A stretch of DNA of 63,265 bases, counting the filler, from Reclinomonas americana ATCC 50394 (taxonomy: Eukaryota), in NCBI GenBank assembly GCA_048213135.1. It is 5 parts of 4 records of this genome, joined end to end, with 100 filler letters (N's around TTAATTAATTAA, not from the genome) between each part and the next. Parts side by side here need not be neighbours in the genome. Positions count along the whole stretch, not along the records: positions 61,824 to 63,265 come from PS015074.1; 4 more parts are not named here. One strand, 5' to 3'. The first letter of the stretch is position 1. Every line of letters starts with the position of its first letter. The translations under genes were made by a program, and so were the position numbers. Under the pieces are notes generated by a model that saw only the letters and a program-made list of their open reading frames with translations, did not search any database and had not been told where the DNA came from. Positions 62,787-63,265 of the stretch are shown in pieces.

Positions 62787-63265
62787 GTGAGTGCGATGAT
62801 AGTTGTTTCTTCCTTTTTTTCCATTGCACTCTGTTGTTGATGTCTTTTTGCCTTGTTGTTGGTGATCACCTTCCCCCATTCCTTGCTGCTCTTTCTCTCC
62901 GCTTCCGTTTCCTTGTTCTGCACTTATACCTCTCCATCATCTCATCCGCCTTTTTGCGTGTTCTGCTTCATCATAATCATCGTCGCTACATTCTCCTTGG
63001 CCAGGCGCTAATTCTTTTTATTTTTCCTTCTCCTTCCCTTCTTCTACTCTTCTACCACTTTATCATATCATCCGCCATTTACATTCCTCTCGCTTCCTTC
63101 GAATTTTTCTTGCCCATCATCGCCACCATTTTCTTGGTCTTGTGCTTTGTCTCTTCTCCCCTCTCACCTTCCATTCACTTATCTTCCATCCCTCCTCCTT
63201 CCCTTTATCTTCTCTTCCCCCCCCCCCCCCCCCATCGCCCTCCTTCTCCTTCTCACCCCCGTCAC

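Overview
This is a gapped draft assembly of an intron-dense, GC-rich eukaryote. It appears to be a flagellated protist (ciliary transition-zone gene CC2D2A) with mitochondrial complex I (NDUFA6). It uses the standard genetic code, and TAA, TAG and TGA all end genes. I rebuilt about 19 genes by hand from exons: a fucosyltransferase-like gene whose 3' part appears to sit on a flipped contig, a secreted EGF-repeat protein, a head-to-head paralogous pair of multi-ubiquitin-like-domain genes, an Aven/CER16-like gene, COP9 subunit 4, a stand-alone ET-domain gene, a diflavin (CPR-like) reductase head-to-head with a hybrid-cluster protein (HCP), CC2D2A, an LPMO-like His1 protein, a WD40 protein, MED7, NDUFA6, a large FN3-repeat surface protein, a WBP4-like protein and partial unknowns. 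There are two headline observations. (1) At least 25 introns use a second class of 5' splice site, GTTGCGT, which is the common GTGCGT donor with one extra base, and in every case found the exon does not end in G. (2) HCP is paired divergently with a diflavin reductase that has a presequence-like N-terminus and has lost the NADPH-specificity residues, making it a candidate eukaryotic analogue of the bacterial hcp-hcr NO-detoxification system. All models are manual and were made without transcript or database support.
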